A stretch of 63,989 nucleotides of DNA, the filler included, from Ionaspis alba (Eukaryota): NCBI GenBank assembly GCA_964255285.1. It is 7 parts of 7 records of this genome, joined end to end, with 100 filler letters (N's around TTAATTAATTAA, not from the genome) between each part and the next. Parts side by side here need not be neighbours in the genome. Positions count along the whole stretch, not along the records: positions 55,951 to 63,989 come from CAXUUL010000776.1; 6 more parts are not named here. One strand, 5' to 3'. Both the position numbers and the translations under genes were made by a program. The notes under the pieces are model-generated. The model ran no database searches and was not told the origin of the DNA. It was given only the letters and a program-made list of their open reading frames with translations. This document shows, in pieces, positions 63,444-63,989 of the stretch (positions are counted from its first letter, which is position 1; every line of letters starts with the position of its first letter).

Positions 63444-63989
63444 ATGGTCTTAAAGAGGCCTGCAGCCAGCATCAAGAGATGGACCCAATCAATTTCAGTT
63501 CAGTACTGCCGTCACAGTTCTCAGGTTACTCCAACCACCTCCCAGCGGCCATCGATTGCTCCGAAACCCGTAATCGACATCAAACACATCCGCCAAAACC
63601 CCGAGCTCCACTCCCAAAACTGCCTCCACCGTAATTACCAAGCTCAGTCCGAACATCCTTTCAAGATAGTCAAACGCTTTGAAGAATGGAAAGTCCTCCA
63701 GCACAGTGCTCGCACTCTTCGAGAAAGAAACAACCAGCTCCAGGCTAGATTGTCACCTGGCAGAGCTTCCAAGAGCTCCGAGAATGAAGAAGACGCTCCG
63801 GCAGTGGACAATACATCCCTTTTAGAGGAGGCGCGCCAGCTCAAGCAGCAAATAACCTCCATCGAAACCCAAGAAACAGCTCTCACCGCCTCCATCGAAG
63901 ACCTCGCTCTCTCCCTACCAAACCTCACCAGCGCCTCCACTCCCATCGGCTCCACCCCCAAAGTCCTCAGCTACATAAACCCCCACCTC
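63444..63989 (+). CDS. Mitochondrial seryl-tRNA synthetase, N-terminal part (runs off the window)
   Basis: Not in the ORF track because it has no stop. Reads MVLKRPAASIKRW (presequence-like), then PKPVIDIKHIRQNPELHSQNCLHRN, a coiled-coil arm and LALSLPNLT. Confidence 0.8.
   Translation, partial: MVLKRPAASIKRWTQSISVQYCRHSSQVTPTTSQRPSIAPKPVIDIKHIRQNPELHSQNCLHRNYQAQSEHPFKIVKRFEEWKVLQHSARTLRERNNQLQARLSPGRASKSSENEEDAPAVDNTSLLEEARQLKQQITSIETQETALTASIEDLALSLPNLTSASTPIGSTPKVLSYINPHL

Overview
Eukaryotic DNA from a filamentous ascomycete (Pezizomycotina): about 29 mostly intron-containing genes with short GT..AG introns and CTRAC branch points. The window is a scaffold with nine 100-nt N gaps. Six gaps contain an artificial TTAATTAATTAA linker, so adjacency across them is not trustworthy and several genes are cut off. 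Most genes are housekeeping: Lot5/ICln, calcineurin A, MMC1-like, PTPA/RRD1, Aquarius, THOC1, a homeobox TF, calpain-like protease, CDK1, AlkB-like, amidase, glyoxalase I, GEM1/Miro, CreC, a FAD amine oxidase, TBP and mitochondrial SerRS. Three accessory modules stand out. (1) An intronless viperin/RSAD2 radical-SAM gene lies head-to-head with a divergent UMP/CMP-kinase-like gene. Their 368-bp shared promoter carries twin TTCCGGAA palindromes. This is a fungal analogue of the vertebrate viperin-CMPK2 locus and is the best candidate for an undescribed system. (2) A carX-carRA-carB-carO carotenoid/retinal/rhodopsin cluster. (3) A head-to-head pair of putative amidoligase (COOH-NH2 ligase type 2) genes. 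Recurrent C/A-rich to G/T-rich strand-skew switches are also visible. Exon boundaries were read by eye and family calls come from recognised motifs; no database searches were run.
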